64,000 nt of DNA, taken from assembly GCF_009914755.1 (NCBI RefSeq), contig NC_060925.1; one strand, written 5' to 3'. The translations under genes were made by a program, and so were the position numbers. Below are positions 35,060 to 50,463 of the stretch, in pieces. The DNA is from the human T2T-CHM13v2.0 reference genome, Homo sapiens. The notes under the pieces were generated by a model, which was given only the letters and a program-made list of their open reading frames with translations, was not told the origin of the DNA and searched no databases. Numbering within the stretch: the stretch's first letter is position 1; each line of letters starts with the position of its first letter.

Positions 35060-35640
35060 ATAAAAGATGAAGAGGGATAAAAGGTGGGACTCAAATGTGG
35101 ATATAAACCAGATTATGGTGGACTTTGTATATCATGCTAATTTAGCCTGTAAGTAAAGGGGAACCACTTTTAAATGGGGTAAACATGGTCAGATATACAT
35201 TCAGATAAGTCACGTCCGAAGCAATGTGGAAAACAGAACTCAGAGGGACCACACTCAAAACAAGGAGAATACAGGAGGCATTGCAAACAGCCTAGGCAAG
35301 AGATGATGATATATTAAGAAAGAGGCAGTAGGGGTAGAAAGAAAGTGATAGATGCAGATTACTTAAAAGATAAAATTAGTGACACTTGGTAACTAATTAA
35401 ATAGGTCACTAAGAAAAAGCAGTAAGAAAAGATTCAGGGATCACTGCTACGTTTCTCACTTGAATGAACTCAGTATATGGCAATACCATTAAATAAGGAA
35501 AGAAGCAGAAGAAAGCATCTGAAGGCAGGGTAAGGGGGTAGACAGTTGATAAGTTCTATTTTAGACCTGTTGAGTCTGAAGTGCCAATGCAACACTAAAC
35601 AGAAATGCTCAATAAGTATTCCAGCACATGAAACTCAAAG
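35060..35640 (-). mobile_element. L2 fragment
   Basis: ggaggcattgca...ctaggcaagagatgatga and related L2 antisense motifs. Confidence 0.6.
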
Positions 35641-35755
35641 CCAAAAAGGCAGAGTTCTTCAAGTCAAATGGAGCTTGTAGAAGTACTTGATTAGGCTCAC
35701 ATTATGTTTAACTTTAAAAAAAATCAGAAGATGTCACTTAAAAAATGAGATTTCA

Positions 35756-36092
<337 letters not shown>

Positions 36093-37623
36093 TCATGGCA
36101 ATAACTGGCTGGAGCTAACATCCAATTCCCCTCTTTAAATAGGGCATGCACTTCACTGCAAACCACAACCTTGTGATTCTCTCTATATAAATCAAAACCG
36201 ACTTCATTCATTTATGTTAATGGCTTGGCCCATGAAGGCGCTTGTTTTTGATTTTTTTTTTTTTGTGACCCTGGTCTAAAAACCCTAATCCCTGATCAGG
36301 ATCACAGAAAAGATCAGGGCTAAAAAATAAATTTAGAATCAATATAGACTGTGGTTAAAACTGCAAGAATGATAAGGAGAGACACAGTTTTGAAAATCAT
36401 CAACACAGGCTGAATCTTGGGGCAAAAAAATACTTAATCATGCAGACTTTGTGCTTTATAATATTTCTATTACCTTAAAAGTGGCCTTTACCATACTCAA
36501 ATCTTAATTCAAAATTCACTTTCCCTGTGTATATTTTAATTTCTTCAGCAACACTGTTAGTCTTTAACCAAAAATGCTAAGTTTTCTATTTATTCCCAGG
36601 TAGCTTTTTTCAGGAATTGCTAATAGCATCCTACATATCTATATGCTCTAAAAATGCTAATTAAATTAAATAAAGTATTCCCCTTATACTGAGCATAAGT
36701 TATGCCCTGGAACTTGAAGAAACAAAAGAAGAACCAGAAGGTTGGAAATACACTCTAAGAGAGAAATATAATGGATTCATGTTATTTACCCTGGAAAAGA
36801 GAATTATAAGGAAATTAGAATAATCTAGGTATCCTCTATGGTATGGCCCTGTGCTGAACTTTGTAGGTGGTAAATAGTAACACAAAGGCGAATCTGACAC
36901 GGTCCTTGCCTTGAAGAGTCTATGGGCTGGATGGAGTACTATCAAGTTCGATAGTCAGGTGAATTTCTTTCTGAGATGAGAGTTTTAATACATGAGAAAT
37001 ATATAACTTAAAGAAACATTCTCTAGCATAAGGCACCTAGAGAACCTCAATTTAATACCTTATAGTCAACAAAAATTAGATATGAATAACAAGAAAAAAG
37101 TCAAAGGTAAATTTTTGTCAAAAACAAATCTGTTTAGTTATTTTTTTAAATATAAATTATAAAAATTATGACTGCCTTCATAGGTAAGTATAAACAACAG
37201 GTATAAATTTATCTATCTTTCAATAATTTTTATAGGTAAAAGATAACTAGCTGATGTTACAAAAACCACAGATGAATAGCAGCCAATTTTGCAAAAGGCT
37301 AGATGGATACTGGACAGCTAGACAACCACTTATTTGGCTGCTGGAACTAAAGAAAGGAGAGTGTCAGTTCTCCCATCTATGCTATTTTTCTCCATGGTCA
37401 ACACACAAATAACAATGGATGCTAGTCTAAACATCATCAGATCAGTGAGGTGAAGAGAAATGAAGTTAATAATAAGATCCCGAGTAAATATAAAAGTTTT
37501 AAAGATCTAAGAAGTTAAAAAAAAAAAAGCAAGAGAGAACCAAGGTATTAACAATATCACTGAAACACACAGAAAACACTAGAAATTCCCGAGAATAAAA
37601 ACGCATCTTATTTATGTTGAACT

Positions 37624-37643
37624 TTGCTCCCTCTGGTGGTCAC
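37624..37643 (-). promoter_or_regulatory. candidate CTCF site
   Basis: Minus strand TGACCACCAGAGGGAGCAAA closely matches the CTCF core CCACCAGAGGGCGC, in non-repeat DNA. Confidence 0.55.
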
Positions 37644-38029
37644 TAAAGGTTTTACTAGATGCGAGTAGAAACGGAGGAAGAGGACAAAAGAGAAGTGGAA
37701 TTGCAGAAACTAAGTTAACCTTCATCTATATATCAGACAAACGTTCAATTTTCAAAGAAAACTTTTTTAAAAGAAGAATTTAGAGCTCAGTGTTACGGAG
37801 GTAGCTCTGAGGATTACAGAAACAGTCACAAGTGAAAAGATACTTCTAGGGAATGGGACTGAAAGTGTGTGAGTGTGTGGGGCAAGGTACTTGTTCTAAA
37901 AGTTTCATTTTATACTCTTCCACACTGTTTGAATTTTTGTTTCCATAAGCCTCTATTATTTTCATGAAAATATCATTTAGTGGACAATGTGGAGGAATAC
38001 CTAAGTCTTTTTACAAGTTTACAATCAGT

Positions 38030-38585
38030 ATATTTCGCTTCTCAGAGTAAAAGCCACAATCCTTATTACAGCAGGCTATATTACCATGTGCCCAACTCTG
38101 CCTCATTTTCTATTTCTCCACCCCTCGTTCTCATATACATTCAGTCCTTATTGCAGTTTCTAGAGTACGTCAGGCATGATCCTACTTTAGAGACTTGCAC
38201 TAGCTGTTTCCTCTATACAGAATGTTCTTCCCCCTGTATGGCTCATTCTTTCACTTAATTTCAATCTATGCTCAATGTTACCTTTTCAGTGAGCCTCTCC
38301 TGACCATCTTATTTTAAATTAAGAAGGTACCCCTGCCTCCTGTGTGCCCTATCCTTCTTCCCTGCTTTCTCTCCACAGTGCTAATCACTTTCTAAGACAC
38401 TACAACTTTACTAATACATTATTAATATTTACTATAATATTTACTTTATTACTTATCTCTGTCCGACTGTAAGCTTCCTAAGAGCAGGGGTTGTTCTGCT
38501 GTGTTCAGTGCTAAATCCCCAGCCCCTAGAACTACAACTTGCACACAGTAAGTATAAAACTAATGTGTGAAATAAATGACTGACT
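38030..38585 (+). mobile_element. L2 3' end
   Basis: gactgtaagcttcctaagagcaggg...ccccagcccctagaac...aataaatgactgact. Confidence 0.75.
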
Positions 38586-39790
38586 AGTATCAATAATACC
38601 TTAATACATGGTAGAAAAAAGAACAAAATGCCTCATTTTATATTTGGTTCAATATAAAATGGTAATCTATTACAGATTAGGATACAATTATATATGCAAA
38701 ATACATACTATTAATCTTTTAATCAGTGATATCTGGAGAGAGATCATTAATGTCATTAATGGGCTGCTTTTTTGTTTTTGCCTAGTGTATATGACTAAGA
38801 TACCAAATACACTCAAATGTAATCATTCTGCTATTAGTACTTGAAAGCTTTTGTATAATAGGACTCAAAAGAAATAGTACCCATGCATCTTGAACAAGAA
38901 TCTTCTCCAAAGAGCTATGGAAAATATCAGATACTACCCGGGAATTATGAAAAAATACCTAATTCTTTAATTTGGAAAATGTCCTCTTCTAGAACTATTA
39001 ATATTTATCAGGAATAAAAACACATCTTTTTGTCCAGAGTGGAAAATACATTAAAATTACTACAAGACTTACAGTTTGGTGGTCCTGCTTTACATGTCAA
39101 CATTATTTATTTACAAGCAAGGAAACCACTTCAGAACAGGGTTACCTCATGGCTCAGGGCATTCACACTAAAGAAAATTATTACACTTCCATGTGATCAG
39201 AGTCAATTTAGTAGTAGCCAAAAAAACAAGGTGACTGGGGTGCGGTTATTTTCCAATTTCACCAAAGTTTTTACAAAACTGCCTTATTATTTGTCAAAAC
39301 TCATTGAATTACACACTTAATGTTTGTACATTTCACTATACATAAATTTTGCCAAAAAACAAAGTAAGATTCCTATTGAGAACTTTATTGGTAAATTTTC
39401 TTTTCACAGTGGTATAGGTTAGAAATTCTGAAACTACTTTCTGTATATTCTAGACTTAAGCAAATGAGTAACTACATTGAGGATACTGGGAGCAGGGTTG
39501 TTCTGTTGGAGAAAGGAGTTACAAATATGAAAGAGGGAAGGCTATCATGTACCCTGTAGTGTTGGGTTGGAATTACAGGTATGAATATAAACTTATGGTT
39601 TTTAGTATACAAGTAGATAAATATATAAATACTGATATAGGATATACACGTGTCAGAGTAATATAAGTATTAATACATGTATACACGTCTGTGTCTACAA
39701 TGAATATGTATTCAACATGTGTATCTACGCACGTATGTATACGTATACATACATATGTTATGTATGCATGTATATACAAAATGTGTGTAT

Positions 39791-40096
39791 GGCTGGGCGC
39801 GGTGGCTCACACCTTTAATCCCAGCACTTTGGGAGGCTGAGGCGGGTGGATCATGAGGTCAGGAGTTCAAGACCAGCCTGGCCAACATGGTGAAACCCCG
39901 TCTCTACTAAAAATACAAAAATTAGCTGGGCGTGGTGGTGGGCGCCTGTAATCCCAGCTACCAGCTACTCAGGAGGCTGAGGCAGAGAATTGCTTGAACC
40001 CGGAAGGCGGGGGTTGCAGTGAGCCGAGATTGCACAACTGCAAATCTGTCCAGCCTGGGCAACAGAGTGAGACTCTGTCTCAAAAAAAAAAAAAAA
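39791..40096 (+). mobile_element. AluS (Sg-like)
   Basis: Dimer with ccagcta duplication; TSD gtgtgta. Confidence 0.88.
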
Positions 40097-40300
40097 GTGT
40101 GTGTATCTATAGATACATACATTTGAGGGTATGTAATTTTAGATCTGTCTTCTGAGAGGGCCTAGAAGCAATGACACTCCAGTAGCAATGAACATACCCT
40201 AGCATCCAGACCTTGGTTTCTAAATACTATTCTCTACTAAAGAGTTAAAGAGAAGCAGCCAATTCCAGGGATAGGGCAGGGCAAACATCAGATAAATCTG

Positions 40301-40749
40301 TGTAGTGAGTTGAATTGTGACCCCCAAAAAGGCATGCCCAAATCTTAATCCCAAGTACCTGTCAATGAGACCTTAATTGGAAATAGGATCTTGGCAGATG
40401 TAAGTTAAAATGAGGTCATACTGGATTAAGGTGGGCCCTAAATTCAATTACTAGTGTCTACCAGAAAAAGGAGAGGGAGATTTGGATATAGAAACATAGG
40501 GAAGAAAGCCATGTGAAGACAAAGGCTAAGAATGGAGCTGGGCTGCCACAAGTCAAACAATGCCTGGGGCCACCATAAGCTGGAAGAGGCAAGAAATGAT
40601 TCTTCTCTACAACCTTCACAGGGAGCATGGCTCTACTAACACCTTCTTTCCAACACCTCCACAACTGTGAGAGAATAATTTTCTGTTGTTTTAAACCACA
40701 ATGTGCTCGTCTGTGGTACTTTACTACAGTAGCCCTAGGAAACTAACAC
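40301..40749 (+). mobile_element. MLT1B/C MaLR solo LTR
   Basis: tgtagtgagttgaattgtg...ggattaaggtgggccctaaa...agccctaggaaactaaca. Confidence 0.85.
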
Positions 40750-41033
40750 TGCTTGAAACGTCTTGTGCCAAGAAGTAAGAAAATGCTCAATGATGGGGAT
40801 GTATCAAAAAGGACATAGAAGCCATCTTTAAAAAGCTCCAAATAGCCAAATAAATGCTTTTAATGAATTATACCCCACTGAATAAAAGAAAAATCCATGA
40901 GTTTATACCAATATAAATACAGGAGCCATCTTGAAGGTACTCCCAGTAGCAAAAAAAAAAAAAATGATTTTAATGGATTTTTATATCCCACTGAATAAAA
41001 ATCCATGAGTCTAAACTGATATAAATACATGAA

Positions 41034-41510
41034 TGTTGAGAGAGGCAATCTACTATGAGCCCCGAGTGTCCCTACACATTCTTGTTCAATAGACCAGGCC
41101 CTGACCATTCTTTACCTGGGCCATTTCTCAGGATTGTGTATGCAGGAAGCCATCTTCAGGGATGAGGTAACGTATCTCTATCCCCTGACAACAATCAGGC
41201 TTGCTAAAAAAGTGGTCAATCCCCATAGTTCAGTGCTCCTTCCCTATAGCACAATACACTGCATATGTAAGAATCCAGCTAGGACCACCTGCTGGTCACA
41301 GCAGGGACACAAAAAAATCAATGTGAGGGACACAAAAAAATCAATGCAAACCAAATGAAGCTCATACAGTTTGCCATGCCATGGATAATAAAGCCCTTTG
41401 GCTCTGACCCAAGAGTCTTATGCTTTCTGCCAGCATCTAAGAAACAGTAACAGGCTAACTTACCAGGTTCCAGGTAGAGTAAAATCTCAGACCTTTCACA
41501 GTTCTTGACA
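41034..41510 (+). mobile_element. ERVL-type solo LTR (LTR47-like, tentative)
   Basis: TG...CA ends, AATAAA at ~41387, 5-bp TSD atgaa/acgaa. Confidence 0.7.
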
Positions 41511-42258
41511 ACGAATAAATAAATAAATGGGAGGAAAGTTCTCAACAATGAATAAATGGGCAGAAAGGGAAAGTCCATCCTTACAGTGGAATGCTAAATA
41601 ATAAATGAAGACAAAATTATGGAGTTAAAAAATAATTCACAAATATTAAAACTAGTGGGTGAAATCTGACTAGGAAAAGGATATTTACATAGTCTCAAAC
41701 TGTTTCCCCACAAAGTACTCATTAATTAATTACAAAAGGAATTAACTTCCCATTAATTACAAAGGGAAAAATAGGAACTTCATAGTAAAGAAGTCTGGCA
41801 GACACCACCTTACCCAAGTGATCAAAGTTAACATCCCAATATTGGGACAAACAGATATCATGTACCTCCTGGTCTGATGCATTGAGGAGGACAAAATTGT
41901 GTGGTATTCTTCTTGAAAATGTATAATCTAAATCTAATTATAAGGAAACACCAGGCAAACCCAAAATAAGGGACATTCTACAAAACAACTGGTCTGTAAT
42001 CTGCAAAAGTATCATGGGCAAGAAAGGGAAAAAAAAATGGCTGAGAAACTGCTCCATTAGAGGAGACTAAAGATACATGACAACTAAATACGATGCATGA
42101 CCCTGCGTTAGAAGATGGATCAGCATTTGAAGAATAATTATGAAGGGCATTATTAAGGACATTATCATTATAATGATAAATTTGAATATGGACTACAGAC
42201 TTGAAAATACTAAATCAATGTTAAAATTGCTGATTTTGATCATTATAGTATACTTATA

Positions 42259-43000
42259 CAGTAGCCCTCCTTTATCCACAGTTTCACTTTCCACCATTGC
42301 AGTTACCCACTGCCAACCCAAAATATTAAATGGAAAATTCGAGAAATAAACCATTCCTAAGTTTTAAACTGTGCACCATTCTGGGCAGTGTGATGAAATT
42401 TCACACCATCTCACGCCCTCCACTCCAACCCACTCCATCCCGCCTAGAACACAAATCATCCTTTTGTCTAGCCAGTATAGTCGCACTGTATATGCTACCT
42501 GCCCATTAGTCACTTAGTTCCCTTCAAGGTTATCAGATCGACTGTCGACTGCTGCAGTACCATGTTTGTGTTCAAGTAACCATTATTTTACTTAATAATG
42601 GCCCCAAAGTACAAGAGTTGTGATAATGGCAATTCAGTGTGCCAAAGAGAAGCCATAAATTGCTTCCTTTAGGTGAAAAGGTAAAAGTTCTCAACTTAAG
42701 GAAAGAAAAAAATCATATGCTGAGGTTACTAAGGTCTATAGTAAGAACAAATCTTCTACCCAAGAAATTGTGAAGAAAAAAAAACTTGTGCTAGTTTTCC
42801 TGTCACACCTTAAACTACAAAAGTTACAGCCATAATGCAACAAAAGTACTCAGTATAGAAGACAAAAACATTTACTTTGTGGATTGAAGACATGCACAGA
42901 AATGTTTTCCAACTGATAGCAATCAGGTTAGTACTAGCCACAGTTTCAGGTACTCACTGGGGGTCTTGGAACGTATCCCCTGATAAGGAGGGACCACTGC
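42259..43000 (+). mobile_element. MER44C-like (Tigger7 derivative)
   Basis: TA|cagtagccctcctttatcc ... gataaggagggaccactg TIRs; about 740 bp with a transposase N-terminal remnant. Confidence 0.82.
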
Positions 43001-43098
43001 ATAAGAAAAGGTTCTTTTTCTTAGGAAAAAAATCCTGAACCAGTGATAAAGGAACATGATGTCTCCAACTTATCTCAAACAATTCGGAAAAAATGTAT

Positions 43099-43150
43099 TT
43101 GTGTGTGTGTTGTGTGTGTGTGTGTGTTACATACATGTGTGTCTATGTGT
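43099..43150. repeat. (TG)n microsatellite
   Basis: tgtgtgtgtgttgtgtgtgtgtgtgtg. Confidence 0.85.
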
Positions 43151-43587
43151 AAAGAAAGAGAATGATAAAGCAAATATAACCAGCAGTGAATCTGGATAAA
43201 GGCCTTACAGAAGTTCCTTATATTATTCGAAACTGTAAAAACAAAACAAAAAAAAACTTATCCTCCCCCCAAAACAAAGGCAAAATAATTGCCTTAATTA
43301 TAGTAGACATTGAACAACATATTCTTGAGATAAGATGAAACACATAACAGAAAACATAGTTATTTTTAAAGATGAATTTTAAAGCATTGTTTTATACCTC
43401 AAGGTACCACAGAGCTTTGACAAAAATAGCTGCCTTGAATTTTTTACACGTATACATACACTTAAGTTTATACCTTATAGATATATTTCCAATATCAGCT
43501 GTAGAACAGATAGCAGAGTGGTTAACAACAGGGCTCTGGACTCATATAAATATAGGTCTAAATCCAGTGCCATCTTTTGTTAGTTGG

Positions 43588-43887
43588 CTTTTTTTTTTTG
43601 AGATGGGGTCTCACTCTGTCACCCAGACTGGAGTGCAGTGGTGCAATCATAGCTGACTGCAACCCTGAACTCCTACGTTCAATGGATTCTCCCACCTCAG
43701 TCTCCCAGGTAGCTGAGACTACAGGGCACACCACCATGCCTGGCTAATTTTTTTGTTCTTTTTTTAAAATAGAGATGGGGCCTTGCTTTGTTGCCCAGGC
43801 TGCTCTCAAACTCCTGGCCTCAAGTGATCCTCCTGCCTCAGCCTCCCAAATTATAGGAATTACAGGAGTGAGCCACCACACCTGGCC
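43588..43887 (-). mobile_element. AluJ inserted in MIR (43510-44030)
   Basis: TSD ttagttggct/ttagctggct; MIR motifs on both sides. Confidence 0.85.
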
Positions 43888-44034
43888 TTAGCTGGCTAAT
43901 TTTAGGCAAGTTACTAAATCTGTCTGTGTCTGAATTTCCTCGTTTTTGAAATGCAGATTATAGTAGTTTCTAACTGTGAAGACTTTTTGTGAAGATATCA
44001 AAAGACAATACATGTAAAGAACTCAGCACATTCA

Positions 44035-44190
<156 letters not shown>

Positions 44191-44553
44191 TCAGCACATT
44201 CAGAATGAGTGTTGTTCTTATTTTATTTTATTTTTTAGAATATCAAAAGAAAATTATTATTTAACCTAAAAGATAATGAACTAAATGCCAAATCTCTTCT
44301 GAGATGGAGGTTATGATCTGCCTCCTAACAGTTTAAAAGTAAAGACAAAAAAAAAAGCTATGAGTCAAAGGGGACCAGCTCAGTGTTTAAACTAAAAACT
44401 AAAATGTAAATAAAAAATAAAATTCCTCCTTACAACTGGATTCCAATGTTAAAATACTTTTAGAATAGTATGTTATATATTCTTTTAATGTTATTTAATG
44501 TATTAAATATATTAATTTTTTAAAGTTTATTATTTAATGTATTAAATAATTAA

Positions 44554-45011
<458 letters not shown>

Positions 45012-45382
45012 TGAAGGTAAGAAATCATAAATTCTGTCTTTTATCAGAATTTATAAACTAAAATGCCTTCATAGGCCAAGCATCACCAATAGTGTAGTAT
45101 AAATCAACAGGGAAGGATGAGAACACAGTGACTGGACCTGAAAAATACTCTGCCTAAAGGCACTCACATTCAAGTTTTGTTTCATTTCTAAACATTGTGC
45201 AACAGTTGTTCAGGCTGAGTTCAGCTCAGGGGGCACCTGTTTTGAGCACTGATTTTCAGATTTTAAGCCCTCAGAACCTTGAGAAACATATTTGTATGCA
45301 TATTTGGTGTCTTATAAAAGATAATAAAATAGAAAATTTCTGAAAATGAAGACTCATGCACATCAGAAACATAAGGAAATTT

Positions 45383-45988
45383 CTCATGCCTATAATCCCA
45401 GCACTTTGGGAGGCCGAAGCGGGTGGATCACATGAGATCAGGAGTTCAAGATCAGCCTGGCCAACATGGCAAAACCCTATCTCTACAAAAAAAAAAAAGA
45501 GGCCAGGCGCAGTGGCTCACCCCTGTAATCCCAGCACTTTGGGAGGCCGAGGCGGGCAGATCACGAGGTCAGGAGATCGAGACCAACTTGGCTAACACGG
45601 TGAAACCCCGTCTCTACTAAAGATAAAAATAAAAATAAAAAAATTAACCGGGTGTGGTGGTGGACGCCTGTAGTCCCAGCTACTCAGGCGGCTGAGGCAG
45701 GAGAATGGCGGGAACCCAGGAGGCAGAGCTTACAGTGAGCCGAGATTGCGCCACTGCACTCCAGCCTGGGCGACAGAGTGAGACTCTGTCTCAAAAAAAA
45801 AAAAAAAGAAAAAAAATTTAAAAATTAGCCAGGTGTAGTGGTGTGCACCTATAGTCCCAGAGGCTGAAGTGGGAGAATCACTTGAACCTGGGAGGTGGAG
45901 GTTACGTTGAGCCAAGATCCTACTACTGTGCTCCAGTCTGAGTGATAGAGTGAGACTCTGTCTCATATAAAAAAAAAAAAAAAAAAAA
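45383..45988 (+). mobile_element. AluS with AluY (45500-45815) nested in its central A-rich linker
   Basis: Left arm, complete AluY, then right arm. Confidence 0.9.
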
Positions 45989-46807
45989 GGACATTTTTCA
46001 ATGACTTCTAAAAGGCAGTCATATCATTAAAGATATCCAAAGTTGGTTATCACTCCCACTTTGTACTCTTAAGATACATTTTTAATATGTCATAATATAT
46101 AATCTTTTAAAGTTCCTAACAAGTCTGAGATTTTTAAGATTCCATGATTAATGGAACAAATTCCTTCATACCAGTAACAACTATGTACACATGAAATTAT
46201 GTAATTATTACAAAAACACTGAAAATTGTTTAATTCATTAACTGCTAAAATGTTTGGCCTTAATATTTTTATTGAAAAAAATTCAATTTGCATTTTTTAC
46301 ATGGTACAATGCAACCTCTATCTCACTGAAATACCTGTTAATCATTTAACAATATTCTTAAATAGTAACCTCACCTTTATTAAATTCTTTCTAGATGTTC
46401 TCCAATAAGTATATGAGAAAAACAGGGTATATTTAAGTGAACAATATCCAATGCTTCCAAAGTCCAAAGCAATCCCTTTTCCTGCTGGATTCCCTAGCAT
46501 TTACATTATTATTGTTTTATACTATTAAAGATATATATTTTGATATGTTTTATCTTCTCTATTACACTTTAAACTACATAATGGCAGAAATCATGTCTTA
46601 TTCATCTTTTATCCCTAATAAGCATTTTGCCCTTGCATAGAAAGTGATCATAAAAACGAAATCCAAGAGTAACCTTTTTTCCAGCATGATAATCTCAAGT
46701 TAAACTCTTTCCAATTCTTATGTAATTCAAATTTTTCTGGTTTCAAAAACTCTGCAACTCAGAGAAGTTCTCAGCATCAGTAGCTGGTTATATTACTATT
46801 TAAGTAA

Positions 46808-47114
<307 letters not shown>

Positions 47115-47274
47115 AGCAATTATTTTATTAGATAAATATTACAATAACTTTAAAATATTTCAAGAAAGTAAAACTTTAAGCATGTTACTTAAAACTAAGT
47201 TTAGTTTTAGACATTTATTTCAGAGAAGGATCATAAGTTTTTGGAAAGTATTATTTATAATCATTAAGTCTTAC

Positions 47275-47371
47275 CTGAGGATTCCAACCTGGATCTAGTT
47301 TTTTAACTACTGCGATATATTCCTGCATTGCTTGGCTGGGGCTTGAATCACCAAGTGCTTTCCAAGCTTCC
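47275..47371 (-). CDS. ACBD6: ACBD6 coding exon 3 (97 nt)
   Basis: Acceptor catattgtag|GGAAGC and donor CCTCAG|gtaaga. Encodes (W)EAWKALGDSSPSQAMQEYIAVVKKLDPGWNPQ (ACBP KWEAW..L and AM..YI motifs). 222+65+97=384 nt = 128 codons. Confidence 0.96.
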
Positions 47372-47972
47372 CTACAATATGGAATATCCAAAATGGCCTG
47401 TCATTATGCAAATAACACAAACAGCATTTTTCTTATTATTAAAAAAACTGTATGCACATTTCAAGGGTCTCTGAATATAGAGATAATAAGCTATGGATAG
47501 AGAAGCTCTGTCTTTTTGCATTTACATTGGTCTAGAGCTATACAGACCTTATTGCCCTACCTAAGCAGTCTTTTCAGACATTTTTTTTCCTAATCGTCCT
47601 CCCCGTGAAATTTTAAAAACACAGATACAATGCATAGCTATTAAATTTTGAAAGACCACAAACCACTGTAATCTAAGATTTTATAATTTCCTCAAACAAA
47701 ATTTCACCCCTATTGAGGATATATGATCTACAGACTAATAGAGATTATTCTCATAAATTAACTGTGCTTATGGCATTTTGGTCGTACAGAAACTAATCAT
47801 CACATAAAAAACAATATTCCCAAGGAAAATGCATCAAACTTCTTACTAAGATACAAGAAATCCACCTTCCCTTTCTGCTGTTATCTCATCTATAAGCTTC
47901 TAGTAACTGATCCTGGGGACTTAGTCTGGGACTTCAAAAGTAAGGGATGGTGAGGGCAGAAATAAGAATACT

Positions 47973-48303
<331 letters not shown>

Positions 48304-48589
48304 CTAATGAGTAAGTTAGGGACTTCCTACAATATAAATGGCAAAAGCAACATTTTAGTCCTGAGCTTCCTTTTGGGTCATCTACCCCCCTGCCCCCACA
48401 ACAGGCTGCCAGGACAGGCCTTCTTCTTGGTTTTTCCCTGCCAATTCTTTCTAAATTCCAACCAGTGTTTCTCGATTTCCCTGATTTGCTGTCAAACAGA
48501 ACTCAATCCCACATTTTTTCACTACCTTCCTGCTTCTATGATGAATATAATATCTTTCTGAGGTTTTCTAAATTTATTTTCACTGAATT

Positions 48590-49260
48590 CCTTAAGAATT
48601 ACTTATACGCATCATAACACTTCATCCCTAAATAGATCAGCTTACACAAACTCAGGAAATTTATCATCAATTACTATTATACAATATAGAGGCTATACAT
48701 TCAGATTTTCCTGATTGTCCCAATAATGTCCTTTATGGCTTTCTTCTCCCACACCAGGAACCAATCAAGATCCACACACAGCATTGAGTTTCATGTATCT
48801 TCAGCTTTTTTGTCTTCCACATTGTTGGTATTTTTTAAGAGTCCAACTGTTTTATAACATATCCCTCAATTTGAATTTGTCTAATTGTTTCCTTACCTAC
48901 AGTGTTCTTGCCAAAAATGATTAATCATGATTAGAATTGGGTTAAATTATTTCAGCAGAGTAATATATAGGTGACATGCCCTTTTCAATGCATCACACTG
49001 GGGGCACGTGATGTTAGTCTGTCCCATCATCAATAAGATTCATGGTTTGGTAACGGCAGTAACTGTCAGGTTTCTCTCTCATAATTAAAAAGTAAATGGT
49101 GGGTCAGCCTGTAACCCACGGTTTTGCTCCCCAATAGTTTTTCACCTAGCATTTTAACAAAAATTTTCCTCAATAGTTTTTCTCTAACAGTTCCCCAATA
49201 TTTTATCATCTAATATTTAATCATTCGTTGATGTTCTTGCATAAACTATTATTATGGTGG
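48590..49260 (-). mobile_element. L1MC fragment
   Basis: ttcagattttcctgattgtcccaataatgtcc...ccaatcaagatccacac..gcatt. Confidence 0.65.
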
Positions 49261-50463
49261 CTATAAAATCTAAATTTTTTAATTGCTAAAAACAATGGAG
49301 AAACAGGCAAAGCACAGAAAAAAATAAAGGTATAAAATTTCATAAATTATAACAAAAAACTCACTGTCAACGTTAACATCAGGTATTCTTTAGAACAGTA
49401 ATAATATGTTGGCTGGTTATCATCAACCAAAAAACTTGTGCAAGAATATAATCAATGCACTGCTTCCTTCACTGAGACTGTCCTATACAAAAAAAAATCA
49501 GCTGAACTAAACAGCGTGGTTAGTGACATACGTGATTTATATCTGGGTTCAAGCTCTGTATCTCCTAACAGTTGGGTAACAAACAGTTGGCAGGCAGGAA
49601 ATGTATCCAGGGGACCAGATTTTATGTGGGACTGCTCTAGAATGTAAAGTAAGAACCCATATTTTATCACTTCCTCTCTCTATAACCATATTTTATCTTT
49701 TTTCTTTTCTAACTCTACCTTCTAACCTTAATTCCAGGGCTGATGCTCCAAAGCCTTCCCTTCTATAACTAAGATTCCCAGTTGTATGCAATTTCTCTTC
49801 TTTCACTTAGACAAGGTAAGAGAAGATAAGGTCTCATAAATGACAAGGGGGAACTTCTGAATTATAAGTTAAAAAAGTTTGCAAAAGTATACTCTTTTTT
49901 TTATATATTCAGAGAAAAAGAGAAGTTAGTATCTGGTTTTGGCTTTTCACTGAATTTTTCCCTTCTTCCCAAGAGTACTATAAGCAGTTATTTACTGTGG
50001 CATGGGTGGGGCAAGGAACACAAGAGTAAGTAGCAAGAGACAGGGAGATAAAACTGGGACAAGGAAGATGGGTGAAAAATGGGGATTTATCCTGCTCTTC
50101 TGCCCTTCCCATCATTCTGGCCTTCTTCCAAAAATCCCTCCAGAGGGGAGAAGTGGTGATCCATTAGGGGTTGAATGACAGGAAAGGAAAATCTCAAGCA
50201 ATAGCTCTCATGGTATTAAAATGTAAGGCATGTATGTCTGTTGTGAACCACTTATATTCCAACATGCTAGCATAAGAATCCTTCAGGAGACTTAGCTAAA
50301 AGTAGATTTCTTTAATCTCTCCCAATTGCCTGTCATTAGTACAATCTACAGCAGAGAGAGAGATTAATATAAAAATAATTCTTTAATCAGCTCACTGCTT
50401 TCTAATTCCTAAACACCTAAGCCATTTCCAACAACCTCATTAAAGATTCCAGGAATTTCTTAC

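Larger units (their letters stand above)
39210..43240 (+). mobile_element. old L1MC/MD 3' region carrying nested Alu, MLT1, LTR and MER44 insertions
   Basis: L1MC-type motifs (ggcagacaccacctta.ccaagtgatcaaagttaacatc; caaacccaaa..aagggacattctacaaaa) resume between the inserts. Confidence 0.7.

Noticed and set aside
39030-39320. Plus-strand ORF containing FGGP, reminiscent of the ACBD6 linker expected in exon 4
   Set aside because: Wrong strand and no further similarity; coincidence.
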